Assembly: GCA_000165425.1 (NCBI GenBank)
Contig: CT868661.1
Coordinates: 1-64,000 of the forward strand
Source: Paramecium tetraurelia
Lineage: Eukaryota
Direction of reading: 5' to 3'
Length of the DNA: 64,000 nt
Positions 1 to 12,152 of the stretch are shown one piece after another (the stretch's first letter is position 1; each line of letters starts with the position of its first letter). The position numbers were made by a program, and so were the translations under genes. The notes beneath the pieces were generated by a model. That model was not told the DNA's origin. It searched no databases and worked only from the letters and a program-made list of their open reading frames with translations.

Positions 1-985
1 AACCCTGCTCGAATGTTCCAAACCTATAGAAATCCTCATTTTTAAGAAGGCTGTACATGCAATTGAATGATTCACATATTTCAATAATATTTATTATGAA
101 ATGAATAGATTTTGCTGAACTTTGATGTTAGATGAAATATATTGAAAGGTTGAGATGATGATTAATTCTATTAATATAAGTTAAATATAAATCAAATTCT
201 TACTTTACAATAATTGTAAATTTTCGAAAGATAATTATTTTAGTCGTACACATAATATATAATTATGATATTGAAAATATTGTTTCCCTGTCTTTAAATT
301 CAATCTCAAAATTACCTACTAAATAAAAATTATAGAAAGATAAATAAAATTGATTTAATTAGTCATAGAAAGAAAGAAAAATTTTCAAAAGTTAAGGGAA
401 GTCTTATAGAATCAGATGAAATTAGAATTTTCGGGTAGAATTTCTCAAAATTAGAAATAAAGACCATTTAACACAAAATTATCATCATAATAGCCAAAAA
501 ATCTATTATAAAGAAAGTTTTTATTATTTTTAGAATTAATTTTTCCTATCATAATTTCTTAATATCTATCACATTTCTTCAATAAGAACTAAGGTTCTGA
601 TATTAGTATTTCTTTATAGCTAGCAACTTTAGAATATTGATATTAATATATATGGTAAAGATAGATTATTCAACGTTATATATTTAGGAGGCGTTCTAAA
701 TGTAAAATAAAAAACAATTGTTAATTCTAAAGATTCAAGAACACTATAAATTAAATAAAGCATTATTTCTAGATGATTGGATTGATTAGTTACTATATAA
801 AAATTTGCATTTAATATAAAGGATAGTCAGTGAGATCTACTTATCATAGCCTACAGATGACCTGATTAGAAATAATTTTATGGAGTAAAGGGAGAATTTA
901 AAGTCTAATAGCATTTTGAGCGTTATATAGTAGGAATAAATTAATAAGTTAATCAAATTAAAGCTCAAGATGAAGCCTCTGTCTT

Positions 986-1135
986 NNNNNNNNNNNNNNN
1001 NNNNNNNNNNNNNNNNNNNNNNNNNNNNNNNNNNNNNNNNNNNNNNNNNNNNNNNNNNNNNNNNNNNNNNNNNNNNNNNNNNNNNNNNNNNNNNNNNNNN
1101 NNNNNNNNNNNNNNNNNNNNNNNNNNNNNNNNNNN
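986..1135. other. Assembly gap (150 N)
   Basis: Run of n. Confidence 1.
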
Positions 1136-3060
1136 AAGTTTATTATTTATAAACTCTTTAATAAGCCTTTAATTTAATTTACCATTAGTAACAAACATTG
1201 GATCTTGACTTGGTACAATTTGTTTAATAAAATCATTCTCTATCTTCATCTTAATTGTAGATAACAAATCCTAACATTTTTTTGTCTAAAATTTTAGGGG
1301 AACTTTTGTATAATTGTTGAAGATTTCTTGAAATTCATTATCCGGAAATAACTATTTTATTTGATTCAGATCTGGAAATAGCTATTGAATCTGATCTGTA
1401 TGTTTATATTAGTGTATGGTAGCTTTCATGTTATGCAATTCAACAAGAGTTAGAGCTTTTGATTTAAAAATTTCTGAATCCATTTTTGCAAGCTTAATAT
1501 ACAATTTATCAACACTTTTATTAATTCCTATTATAAATGGATTTTCTTAATTTAGCGTTTATTTCAATACATTCATTTTGGTATAGTAAAGCACAGGTTA
1601 GAAATAAATAAAAGGGTAAATTATTTTATGAAAGAAGTAGCAAACTTCAACTAAAATGCTTTTGTTTTCACAACAAAAAATAATTTATTATTCCCTGAGG
1701 ATTTCAGTTAAAATTTAAAAAAAGTCTTTTGATTCATTACAAAATATCTACATCACAACGTGAGTCGCTCTCAACATATTTGTTATTCTAATATCATTAG
1801 TAACAGAATAAGTAAGATGTTATTATAGGATTTAATTGCTCTAGTTTGTTAAATTACTTATAAATTTAAAATCTAAATTAGGTTAATTTTAACTAAGATA
1901 TTTTTTTGATAGATCACATAAATATCTTGATATTGTGTCTTTACTTGCCTAATAAATTAGATAATTGAAATACTTGGATAATATTGAAAGAATCATAATC
2001 TTAATATATTTTTTACTTAAATCTTATTTCTAATAATTTTTCATGTTATCCTAATTTCGATTAATTGTTTAATTGCTATTAAAAACCTTTTCTTTAGGTT
2101 TGAATTATGTCTAAATTAGTATAATTATTAAAATACTGTCGACAAATTGTAAAACTTATTCAAATATCTCGAAAATTGGAAAATATGTCAAAAAACAATA
2201 ATATTTTTTCAGCTTCCAAAACCTGAAGCGATCTTATTTAAAACTAGTTATAAAATCATCAACACCAAATAAAATAAGGAATAATTATTTATCATTGTTT
2301 ATTTCAGTAATTAATTACATGTTGGAAGGTACAAAATACTTATCAAAATCATGATACATACTTCGTAAATTCATAAAGAAAAATTAATTATCCATCCTAT
2401 TTTTTTGGTTAACAGATCTAAATATTTAATAATAAAATACTAAATAATTGTTTGTTCAATCTTATTAATATCATCAAGTTTTTCAACTTCTAATAAATTT
2501 TTAAAAATTCCTTCAAAGCCAGATTCTATACCCTCTAAATAAAGTCTCTCTTATGAAGATATATCATATTTATATTATTTCAATAAAATTTTTGGTTTTA
2601 AATCAACATCTTATTGTTTTTAAAATTCTTATTTTTCGTCCGATTCTTTGTGTTTTCCTCCTACTATGTAAAAGGATTCAAACAATTATTAAGGTCTATC
2701 ACTTAAGCGTTTATGAAAATCTTAATTATACGCATTTTTATATGCAATAGCCAGATTATTTAATGCACTCTTTGCTTTATTAATTGTAGAAGCTGAAATT
2801 TGCCTTAGACTATTTATTTCAATCTGGCAAGGCAATTTCTCTATTATAGATTTAATTTTCTTCTCAAATTCAGTGCTTTTTGTTTCTTTGCTCTCTTATT
2901 ACAATTTTATTTTTTCTTCCATCAATACTTATTTTTCTTTATCATATTGTTTCATGTTCTCTTTATATATTTTAAGCTCTTCAGTTAAAATTTTATATGT
3001 TTTATCAAGGGATTCTAATTATTATTTAAGCTCTTTGTTTTCGATTTCTAAAGTTGACAT
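1136..3060 (-). CDS. DENN-domain protein (putative Rab GEF) with N-terminal coiled coil; 3' end runs into the assembly gap
   Basis: Ciliate-code ORF from ATG at 3060 (MSTLEIENKELKQQLESLD...). Contains uDENN-like LFESFYIVG and cDENN-like HKIIYPFIYFQPVL...NPFIIGIN. Frame is open up to the N-run. Confidence 0.7.
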
Positions 3061-3527
3061 TATTGATTTTATCTTATTTATAAATACTATAATTATTTAT
3101 AGCATTCAATTCTATTTATGAATGAAAAGTTAGATAGTATAAATCAATTTCTATAATTATTGATGTTATATTAGTGAGAAGGAAATTATGGAATAATTTT
3201 TATTGGGAGTTTTAAGGAGGTGTTGGAAAGGGTAATCAAAAAGGATTAAAGAGCTTATAGTAATTATTACTTAAGGCCTATATAAAAAAGATTTATGTAT
3301 TTTAGAATCATTAAGCTAGGAAAAGATAGTTCAAATGGTCTTATAATCAAATTTAGAGGTTTAGTACTTATATTAAAAAAAAGTATCAAAAAAAAAGTTA
3401 AAATTAAGGATTGACATTATATTCATTAATCTGGCTGATTACTTAACAGTCAATTTTAAATTAAGATTTAGTACATCATACAATTTCTCAATAAGAAAAG
3501 AAATCAATTTAAAATATATTATATTAT

Positions 3528-4148
3528 ATGATTTTTTAGTTACCTCAAAACTTCTGCAACAGATCTGTTTAATAACTAGTCTAAGAATTAATGTTTGATG
3601 AATATATGGATAGAGACAATATACCTAAGAATGCATTTATTTCATCACCTTCGAAGAAAGAGAAAAAAAAGATATCATTATCGAAGCACAGATACAACCA
3701 CTTTTTGTAATAATCACCAAGTCAATTATATTCTCCAGGATTAAAAAATAATCAATATAAAGCAGTAGGTATTATTGCAATGAAAAGGAAAAAGAATTCA
3801 GTTCCTATAAATGAATCAGTAAACTAATTAATTGAAAACAATGGTTCCCCTAAACAAAATGCCATTATTAGAGTCAGCAAAAACAATAAGGATTACAAGC
3901 CAAAAGAAATGAGAGGGTTGTCTATTTCAGATCATATTCCAAGATAAAAATTTATTTTTCCGCAAGTTCAAAGAATAAGTTAAGTGAAATAACTATAGTA
4001 TGCATTTCCAAATTTTAATGACGAGAACTTCGAAGGATATAAATTAAAATCTGAAGAGATGTCATTTGAAATTGAAGAGTATATGAGAATGTAAAAACAT
4101 AATAACAATCGCAATTTATTACCAAATATTTATACAGGAAATTCATGA
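3528..4148 (+). CDS. Hypothetical protein, 206 aa, intronless
   Basis: ATG-to-TGA span of 621 nt with TAA/TAG=Gln (MIFQLPQNFCNRSVQQLVQELMFDEY...). Confidence 0.75.
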
Positions 4149-4281
4149 CATATTTAATTCATTTATTTCTCACAAAGTTGTAAACTAGTATTTTTAGTGC
4201 TCTCATCATAAACTTGTTTAATTGAGTTTTAATTATAAGTATATAAAATGAATTTTGATTTAAAAAAATAACAAATTATTG

Positions 4282-5015
4282 ATGTCAAAAAAAAAGAGAG
4301 GATTGTATTTAATAGATGAGATACTTGACTATAAATAGTACAATGGTTAGAAATATTATCTTGTTAAATGGTAAGGATATAATAATAGAGATTGCACTTG
4401 GGAAAAACCAGAAAAGATACCAAATTTAGCATAGTTTTTACATTAATTCGAGGAAAAAGTAAAAACATTTGGATCCAACTTTTATCATATTGAAAACGAT
4501 TAACCACCTCAATTAGAAGATTTTATAGGGGCACCTACTCTATCCAAACAAAATTAGTATTAATACCAATCAGAGCAAATCAATAAATTACAAAATTAGA
4601 TTGATGAATTAAAATCGGAAATCGACCTCATGAAGAAATAGCAAAATGAGATTGTCTAATTAATACAGACATCTTAATAAAATTCGAAGTGTTTGTAACC
4701 TAGTTTATAGCAGGATTCTGAAATTATTTAAGAGTCTTCGTCAGAATAATCCCAGAAATATACTGAAATCAAATCATAAACCGAAGGTGGATTCGAGTTT
4801 GGGGATTAATTGGAAAAGATTGGGCAAGCAGTTCAAACCAAGGAAAAGGGAGAAAAAATGTATTACGTATTGTGGCAAAAGAGACCCAATGGTAATTGTT
4901 TGATTCTTACTTTTTATTAGGTATAATTCCCAAGAATAGATGGGTTAATAGTGAATATCTGATGAAAAATGATATAAAGTCATTGTGTTACTATCTTCAA
5001 AAAAAATTATAATGA
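4282..5015 (+). CDS. HP1-like protein: chromodomain, coiled-coil hinge, chromoshadow-like domain
   Basis: MSKKKRGLYLIDEILDYKQYNGQKYYLVKWQGYNNRDCTWEKPEKI is a chromodomain. C-terminal GFEFGDQLEKIGQA...MYYVLWQKRPNG|IIPKNRWVNSEYL...LCYYLQKKL is chromoshadow-like. 29-nt intron 4892-4920. Confidence 0.85.
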
Positions 5016-5047
5016 ATATAGTATTAATATTAAATTTTGTTAAATAT

Positions 5048-5890
5048 ATGATGTATAAGTAGAGTCCGAAGATCAATTCAAACGAATAAAGAATGAATCA
5101 AATACATAGAAATTATGTGGCTGCTGATTACAATTAAAATTACTCAAATAATTTACTGAATTCCCAAATGGCCGAAAAGATGATGATTGCATACAAGCAT
5201 CAAAAGAGCGAAAAAAAACCACTAGTAACAAAGAAAATCAGGATGGTTGATCCTTTCTCTAATAAATATTAGCGTGATATGTAAATGCAATCAATAAAAT
5301 TAGAAATTCATTTGCTTATGTCTATGAAGCAGGTGGAATCCCTTGCAAGATTAATTATAATACTCAAGGGAATATGAAAATCTAATGGATTCAAGATGTA
5401 AACATCTAAACCATACCATATGATCCAGTATTAGTTACATGTTTTAATGGATTATTAGAAGATGTTCATCCTTATTTAGCAATAGCCACAACTGCTATTT
5501 AATTCATGCTATAAAACGAAGTAATAGCTTCAAATAAAAATTAGGCTGCGTAGGAAAAAATCATCTACGTTCTTCCAAAATTAGTGTTACCATTAAGAAG
5601 TGCATTGAGTTCCAAAAGTGACAAAGTATTTGGCTCTGCAATAAAAATTTTGATGTAGGCACTTCTGTTAATTTAGGTCTTTATCGAATGTTGTTGGATC
5701 TCATCTGAATAAATATCTGAAATTGTTCCTAGTCCCTATTTGGCAGAGATAGAATCATTCAGTTTTAGGAGAGCAAATTAGACAATGTCTTACTGTTTTG
5801 GAAAATAATGGGGTATATTGACTCATTAATTAGGGTTCTGAAGTCTTTTAAATTATTAAATAGAAGATTCCAACATACTCTAATTTTTGA
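5048..5890 (+). CDS. PACRGL: PACRG-like (ParcG family) protein
   Basis: FAYVYEAGGIPCKI...IQW...PYDPVLVTCFNGLLEDVHPY...LPKLVLPLRSAL...IIKQKIPTYS matches the PACRGL pattern; several tiny introns. Confidence 0.85.
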
Positions 5891-5954
5891 GAATAATAGT
5901 TTTAATTATTAATTTAAATTTTAAATTTCAATGTAATCAAACATTGTAAAGGCT

Positions 5955-5960
5955 TATAAA
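5955..5960 (+). promoter_or_regulatory. TATA-like element about 25-30 nt upstream of the 5S gene
   Basis: TATAAA at -29..-24 from the 5S start. The AT-rich background lowers its significance. Confidence 0.35.
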
Positions 5961-5983
5961 TAGAGAGATGAATTGTAAATATC

Positions 5984-6103
5984 GTTGTCGGCCATACTAA
6001 GCCTAAAGCACCGGATCCCATTCGAACTCCGAAGTTAAGCGGCTTAAGGCGAGGTTAGTACTAAGGTGGGGGACCGCTTGGGAAGTCCTCGTGTTGACAA
6101 CCC
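5984..6103 (+). rRNA. 5S ribosomal RNA
   Basis: GC-rich 120-nt island GTTGTCGGCCATAC...GATCCCATTCGAACTCCGAAGTTAAGC...GTTAGTACTAAGGTGGGGGACCGCTTGGGAAGTCC...GTTGACAAC. The ends pair as helix I (GTTGTC/GACAAC), and box A/C-type internal motifs are present. Confidence 0.98.
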
Positions 6104-6110
6104 TTTTTTT
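6104..6110 (+). terminator. Pol III terminator (T7)
   Basis: Oligo-T run immediately after the 5S sequence. Confidence 0.85.
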
Positions 6111-6639
6111 ATTTATTATTCATTAATTAATTAATTAAACTAGAATAAATAATGAAATTGTAATTTCATACATTGACTTTGATGTAAAGAGAAATGTAAT
6201 ATTGATTATTGTTTTTTAATTCATTCTACAACACCTCTTGCAAAACAGATATCTAACATAAAATCATCAATTTCATGCAGATTCAATATTCGAAAACTAG
6301 TTTAGATCTTCATTTTTTTTTTCTATTTAATTTAATCGTAGTATTCTAAAATCTATGAGTTTGCAAATCGATCATAAAAGCAGAACTTTTTATATGATAA
6401 ATTTTTTAACATAAGAAATAGATATTAGATAAGAAATTGAAATACTTATATTTGAATACTGAATTACAAATATTTGACCTTTCTATTTTATATTGTTGGT
6501 TATAAAATACGATAAATATTTACTAGGATGATGATTCAATAATAGTAATAACTTAATTTTGAGGAATATAAGAAAATATGCCATCATGTTTATACTTATT
6601 ATGTTATTTTAGATTGAAAATATCAAAAATGAAATTAAC

Positions 6640-7944
6640 TCATGCTTTGCCTTAGGTAAAAATCTTTACAAATTCTTCAAAACTAAAACTAGTCATTTTT
6701 GTCTCCTTTATAAACAGGAATGTGTCATAACCGCATGATTATCCTTCCATCATTAGATACGGATAGGCCAAGAGTAAGTTGGCCTTGGATATCAATAATT
6801 TGCTTGGTTGAGATTCGCGATTTAGTAAACATTTAAAGATTGTTAGAAAATTAATAGTTTGTCTCCGAGTAATTTTGTAATCCATTTAAATTTTGTCAAT
6901 ATTTACATTTTTCATAAAGTATTTATCATTTAAATTGGTTTTTAATTGAAATGGACTGGTAACTTATGAAATTTCAATATTTTGAGTTGAGGGTATGAAT
7001 ACATTCGAGCATTCTACTTATTCTTGAATTTGTTATTGCAAATCTTCAGGATTGATTATATTTTCTTATATGATTTATTGTTCAATTGATTATCTTGTTC
7101 TAGTTTTAATGGTCAATTTAATTAGTTTATTGGATTTTTGGGAGTAGTTTGACTTGCTATTTAATTCTTTATTTAATTATTCGAAGATTTACACTTTGGT
7201 TTTCTGTTTTTCAGTATCTAACATTGCAAAGGCTGTTTCAATTTCATGATCATCTAAATTAATTTTTGATTGTGAATTTTATATTTAAGGTAATTTATTA
7301 ATTTGTGAAGCAAAATAAAATCTGATTTTGCTATTGCTGCTAAGGGGATAATCAAAGATTTAAGTAGAGTTTGTAAACTTTGAGATGTCTTAATACATTG
7401 ATTCGAGTAGGTTCATTTGAGAAGAACCAAGAGATTAATTATGATGAGCAATCATACTCCAAAAATCAAAGCTGTTATTAATATAAGATACTTTTGAATT
7501 GACTATATGGAAATGTTTAATCTAAATGCCTTCGAGAGTCCAAATTTTTGGAACGGACTTTAAATTCAAAAGGGTTTTGAGATGCATACATTGATCAATG
7601 AAATCAGATATGAGCTCGCTTTCATTTTCAATTTTTGTATACAGTGGTATGTAATACTAAAAGACTTTGAAGTTGTGAATAAAGAAAACTTGTTAAGATC
7701 CTTGTTTCTTATTAATTCCTTTATCTATGATGTTGTGTTAACAAATTTGACAATCTCTCAGATTTNNNNNNNNNNNNNNNNNNNNNNNNNNNNNNNNNNN
7801 NNNNTACATTTAGTCTCTTAGAAAGATAAATTTGTATTTGTAAATCGAGTTTCATCTTATAAGCTATAGGATATAAGCTTCGATATGATACTTTTAGAAT
7901 CCAGTATACCTAGATTTGTGATTCTAATATAGATTTGCTAATCA
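6640..7944 (-). CDS. Hypothetical protein interrupted by an assembly gap; start uncertain
   Basis: Long ciliate-code frame from the gap to TGA at 6640 (...FSFEEFVKIFTQGKA*). Confidence 0.55.
7766..7804. other. Assembly gap (39 N)
   Basis: Run of n. Confidence 1.
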
Positions 7945-8003
7945 TAGGATATAGAAGAGAGAATTGAAGTTCATAAAATGATATAAATTAGATTATATTT
8001 ATA

Positions 8004-8467
8004 TCAATTATTATGTTATTCTTGCTAAACAATAGATTTTCTCTTAGAATTGTCTTCAACTATTTATTTGACCTGACTCTTTTTTCTCATTTAATCTCGT
8101 TTAACAAACTCATCTACTTTCCGAAATTATACCCACGCTTTGCCTTCCATCAGATTGTCCAACTAATAATTTCTAAGAATGGGTGTACCTCTTCAAAAAT
8201 CTCTTTATCAGAATATCCACTCTTTTTGACTATTTCCCAGAAGGCCATCCATTCATCTTCAGTGATCTAACCACTTTTATCAAAATCGACAGCATTAAAT
8301 AATGCTTGAGTATTCACCTTAGCAAAATTGGCTTTCCAAAACTTTTGAGTTTCATCCTTATCGATAGAACCAGAATTATTGACATCAATTTTCTTGAAAA
8401 TCTCTAATGCTTTTTATCTTAATTAAGGCGATAATCCTTAAGATTGTTTTTGAGCTCCACAACCCAT
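8004..8467 (-). CDS. Small EF-hand Ca2+-binding protein with MGC dual-acylation N-terminus (145 aa)
   Basis: MGCGAQKQ...IFKKIDVNNSGSIDKDE...LFNAVDFDKSGQITEDEW gives two canonical EF loops; one 26-nt intron. Confidence 0.9.
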
Positions 8468-8486
8468 TATAATAATTAATTAAGTA

Positions 8487-9681
8487 ATGTTATACCTAGC
8501 AATTCTAATCTTGCTATTATTACTAGTAGGTGCATCCCTGTACTTATTAGTGTGTGTAGACCCCAACTCTCCAGGATTCTTAGGGGATATGAATAGATTT
8601 GTATTCTTCACTCTTCCTGAGACAATCAAGTAAATTCAAGCATAATGCCTAGAAAGATATGTGGAGATAAAATATTCGGAGTCTTCAAAATAGGAATAAA
8701 ATACTTTTTCTTTACTAATCATCCAATAGTGTAAATATTCTATGTAATTGTGGCAATGGGAGGATATTTGATTTATTTCTTTTTTGGATGTTTCACATTG
8801 TTTGGTAATAATCCTTTTGTGTCCCATGTAGACACAGTAATTGGATCAATTATGGCAATCTTGTCTTTCTATTCCTTTTTTTAAGCTTGTAAATATCGAC
8901 CAGGAATAATAACTAAGGAGAATAATTAAGAGTACGTTAAGGAATTTAAGGAGTACTACGATAATGTAGTTTATTTGAAAGATAATCAATGCAGCACATG
9001 TAATATTATCAAGCCAGCAAGAAGTAAGCATTGTAGAGTATGCAATGTATGCGTAAGTAAATTTGATCATCATTGTGTTTGGATCAAATAATGTGTTGGA
9101 TAAAAGAATTATAAGTACTTTGTGAAATTCATCATCCTTCATGCCATGCTCTGTGATTATGGAGCTTACTTAGGCTTTCGTTGTATATGGGGGATCATTG
9201 TGAAAGAAAATCTATTTGAAGCTAAAATCAAGTAAATAAATTTGTTCAATTTAGAGATCCTTATACAGGATAGACATTAAAAGCTAGTTGGTCTATTATA
9301 ATAATGCATCTGTTAAGTAAAAACTCAATATTCATTTTTCTTATCATTATGTGTATTATAATGGGTATTTCTTTGACATGTTTTTCAATTTATCATTTGT
9401 ATATGATTGGAAAGGACACTACAAGTAATGAAAGGATGAAGAGAAGTGAGTTTTTGAAGTTCTTCCAAGAAGAGACTTCGCGCATAGAAAAGTCACTCAA
9501 AGATGCAAAAACTCAAGAGGAGATTAAGGAGTTAAGTGATAAATTGGAGAAAATTAAGTCATGTAAAAATAGGACAATTTCAGCTAAATCCATAGGGATT
9601 TGGAAGGGATTGAAGTAAGTGTATAATCAACCAGATGAATTGGATCAGAAAATTAAAATAAACAATAAAAAAAAATAATGA
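8487..9681 (+). CDS. DHHC palmitoyltransferase (Swf1/ZDHHC4-like)
   Basis: [46 protein letters not shown] helices; TTSNE motif; tiny introns. Confidence 0.95.
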
Positions 9682-9692
9682 ATTAATAATAT

Positions 9693-11609
9693 ATGTGTTC
9701 TAGGCATCAAAATTAAGCATTGTCTCATGTTCTCATTAATCATAAGCAGTAAGGGTTATGTTGTCAATAATGCATATATTAAGACAGTTTACCGTAGCAA
9801 TTGGTTGTCCCTTTGCAATAGTTCCTCACTTTAGTTAGGTCTGAGATTAATAATAAAATTAACGATATTCATGAAGAGAAGAAGATTAGCACTCAATATG
9901 AGAAATTACACATGGATGTACTCAAGAATATTCAGCAAGCATTCAAATAAATTCAAAACTTCATCTTTCAGCAATCCTATCAATAAATGAAATAAAATGA
10001 AGATGTTTACCAAGCCCAAACCTTAATCGAACAAATTGAATAAAGATAGATAACAAATCGATAGGCTCAAGATAATGTGATCTTATTATTGGAAAAGTCA
10101 ATCGATTACAATGGCAAGAAATTTGAATTGAAAAATTATAGTGGCAAACAATTCAAAGATCAATTGAATTAAGTAATGCTGTGCTATAATCAATTATAAG
10201 TGATGCAGTCCATTTTGTAATTGCAAAATAATGTAGAATAGATTTTTAAGAGACACTCTCAATAAAAGGAATTCTCCAATTATAATTAAAATAATAATAA
10301 TAATCCACAAATCACTCAATAAACTACATCTACCTAGAAATTCAAGTATGAATACACAAATGCTTAGTAAAATTAACAGTATGCTCCATAATAATTGAGT
10401 TAAACAATGCAATTAACTAATACAAATTAAACACCTTAGAATAAATAAAATGAATTTTCAAGACAAAATACCCAATCTAAAAATCCAACTCAAAGTTCAC
10501 GAAGCCATTCAATAGAGAATAAATAAGTTTAATATTTGGATCAAAGTTAGAATTATTAAACTGACAGATCCTTAACACCATAATCTATGAAAACTGATTA
10601 ATCAAATAAACCATATCAATTTTAATCTGGATTGCTATTTGGAGAATAACTCAAACGAACCATAAGTGACAAACAATAGGAATAAATTAGACAGCAACAA
10701 AACACAAGTTCTTCTTTAATAAGTAGATCAAATTTGTTTCCAAAAACAGAAAAATAATATTCAATTAAAGTTCATGAAAAAAGAATATCATAATTGCAAG
10801 TAGGATAGCTATGCATTTTTACTAGTTCTTATGATAAATTAATTCGAGCCTGGGATAAGGCAAATGGGAAGATGATAGCAACTTTAGAAGGGCATACAAG
10901 AGAGATTGTCAATATCAAATTTAAATTTGATACTTTAGCATCTTGTGGTTAAGATAAAGTCATCAGAATCTGGAAACATCACCCAAGATGGCAATTAATC
11001 GGTAATTTAAAAGGACATTAAGGAACAATCACATGTTTAGATTTCTTAAATCCAAAGTAGTTAATATCAGGAAGTGAGGATTAAAGTATCAAAATTTGGG
11101 ATTTAGATAAAATGTTAGAAATCCACTATCTGAAATTTGATTTTGGAATCTACTCTTTGGCGATCTATAATGAGAAATTCTTCGTTGGGGGAGATGGCAT
11201 CTTGATTGTTCATTAATGCCCTTAGTTGCAATAAACTAACTTCATTTAATTACATGAATCACCTATCCTAATCATTTTATAAACCAAATTATATATAATA
11301 ACTATTGATAAAGAAGGAATAATTAAGTTATTGAATCAATAATCGTATCAGGTTATCAAAGAACTTAGAGATGATTATGAAATTAGTAGTGCTCTCTATA
11401 TTTAGCAATTCAACTTCCTTGTTATCGGATTGAGCACAAAGAATGGAGAAGGAAAGATCTGTTTTTGGTCTTTGGATACTTTTCGTAAGATAAAAGAAAT
11501 TTATGATAATGGTTCAGGAGTAGGAGGGTTGGCATGGGAATCTCCGTATCTGTGGTCAGGTCATGATAATAAAAGATTGGAAAGTATCAAATTTTTATAG
11601 TAATAATGA
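9693..11609 (+). CDS. B-box-like Zn motif, coiled coil and WD40 repeat protein
   Basis: MCSRHQ...LCCQQC; SSYDKLIRAWD, LEGHTREI...ASCGQDKVIRIWK, LKGHQGTITCLDF...ISGSEDQSIKIWD. Confidence 0.85.
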
Positions 11610-11714
11610 GATGATGTAATTCACAACTTTATGTTATTTATTATATTTCAGCTATAATGGTTAATAAATTGTCATTTAATTTCATGAATTCTTCTATTTT
11701 ATATTAATTAATTT

Positions 11715-12152
11715 ATGGGTTGTTCAATAACATTAGTTTAAAACCCTCCGACTGACCCCTTGTCATCCATTTCATCAGATGATCTCTAAGAAAGCGAAGT
11801 ATCTTTACTTTGGATTCACGACGATGTTGCTTAATTAAAAATTAATGTAGAAAAGCAAAAAGAACATTATCCTGAAGACAATACACCTGCGGTGTAACAC
11901 TGGATTAACTGCCAAAGCATTTCCTTGAGATCAAGCAAATAATCTGACACTTATTCAAAAAAATCTTGTTTGAAGTCACAAAGCGTAACTCCACCACATT
12001 CGTAACATACAAATACAAAGAAAGTGCATTTCGTTCAACCCAAAAAAAAAAATAAGCAATCACAGAATGGTACAAAGAAGAAAAATAAAAAGAAACTCTC
12101 AAGGTGGTCTGAATAGCCTTAATAGCGAATCAATTTGGATGATATATTTTGA
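11715..12152 (+). CDS. Small MGC-acylated protein with PP1-docking-like motifs (145 aa)
   Basis: 438-nt intronless ORF MGCSITLVQ...KKSCLKSQ...TKKVHFVQ...LDDIF*. Confidence 0.8.

Noticed and set aside
1..900. Short coding-like stretches (minus strand 1-58 MYSLLKNEDFYRFGTFEQG; plus strand about 330-520)
   Set aside because: Truncated by the window edge or without a consistent gene model.
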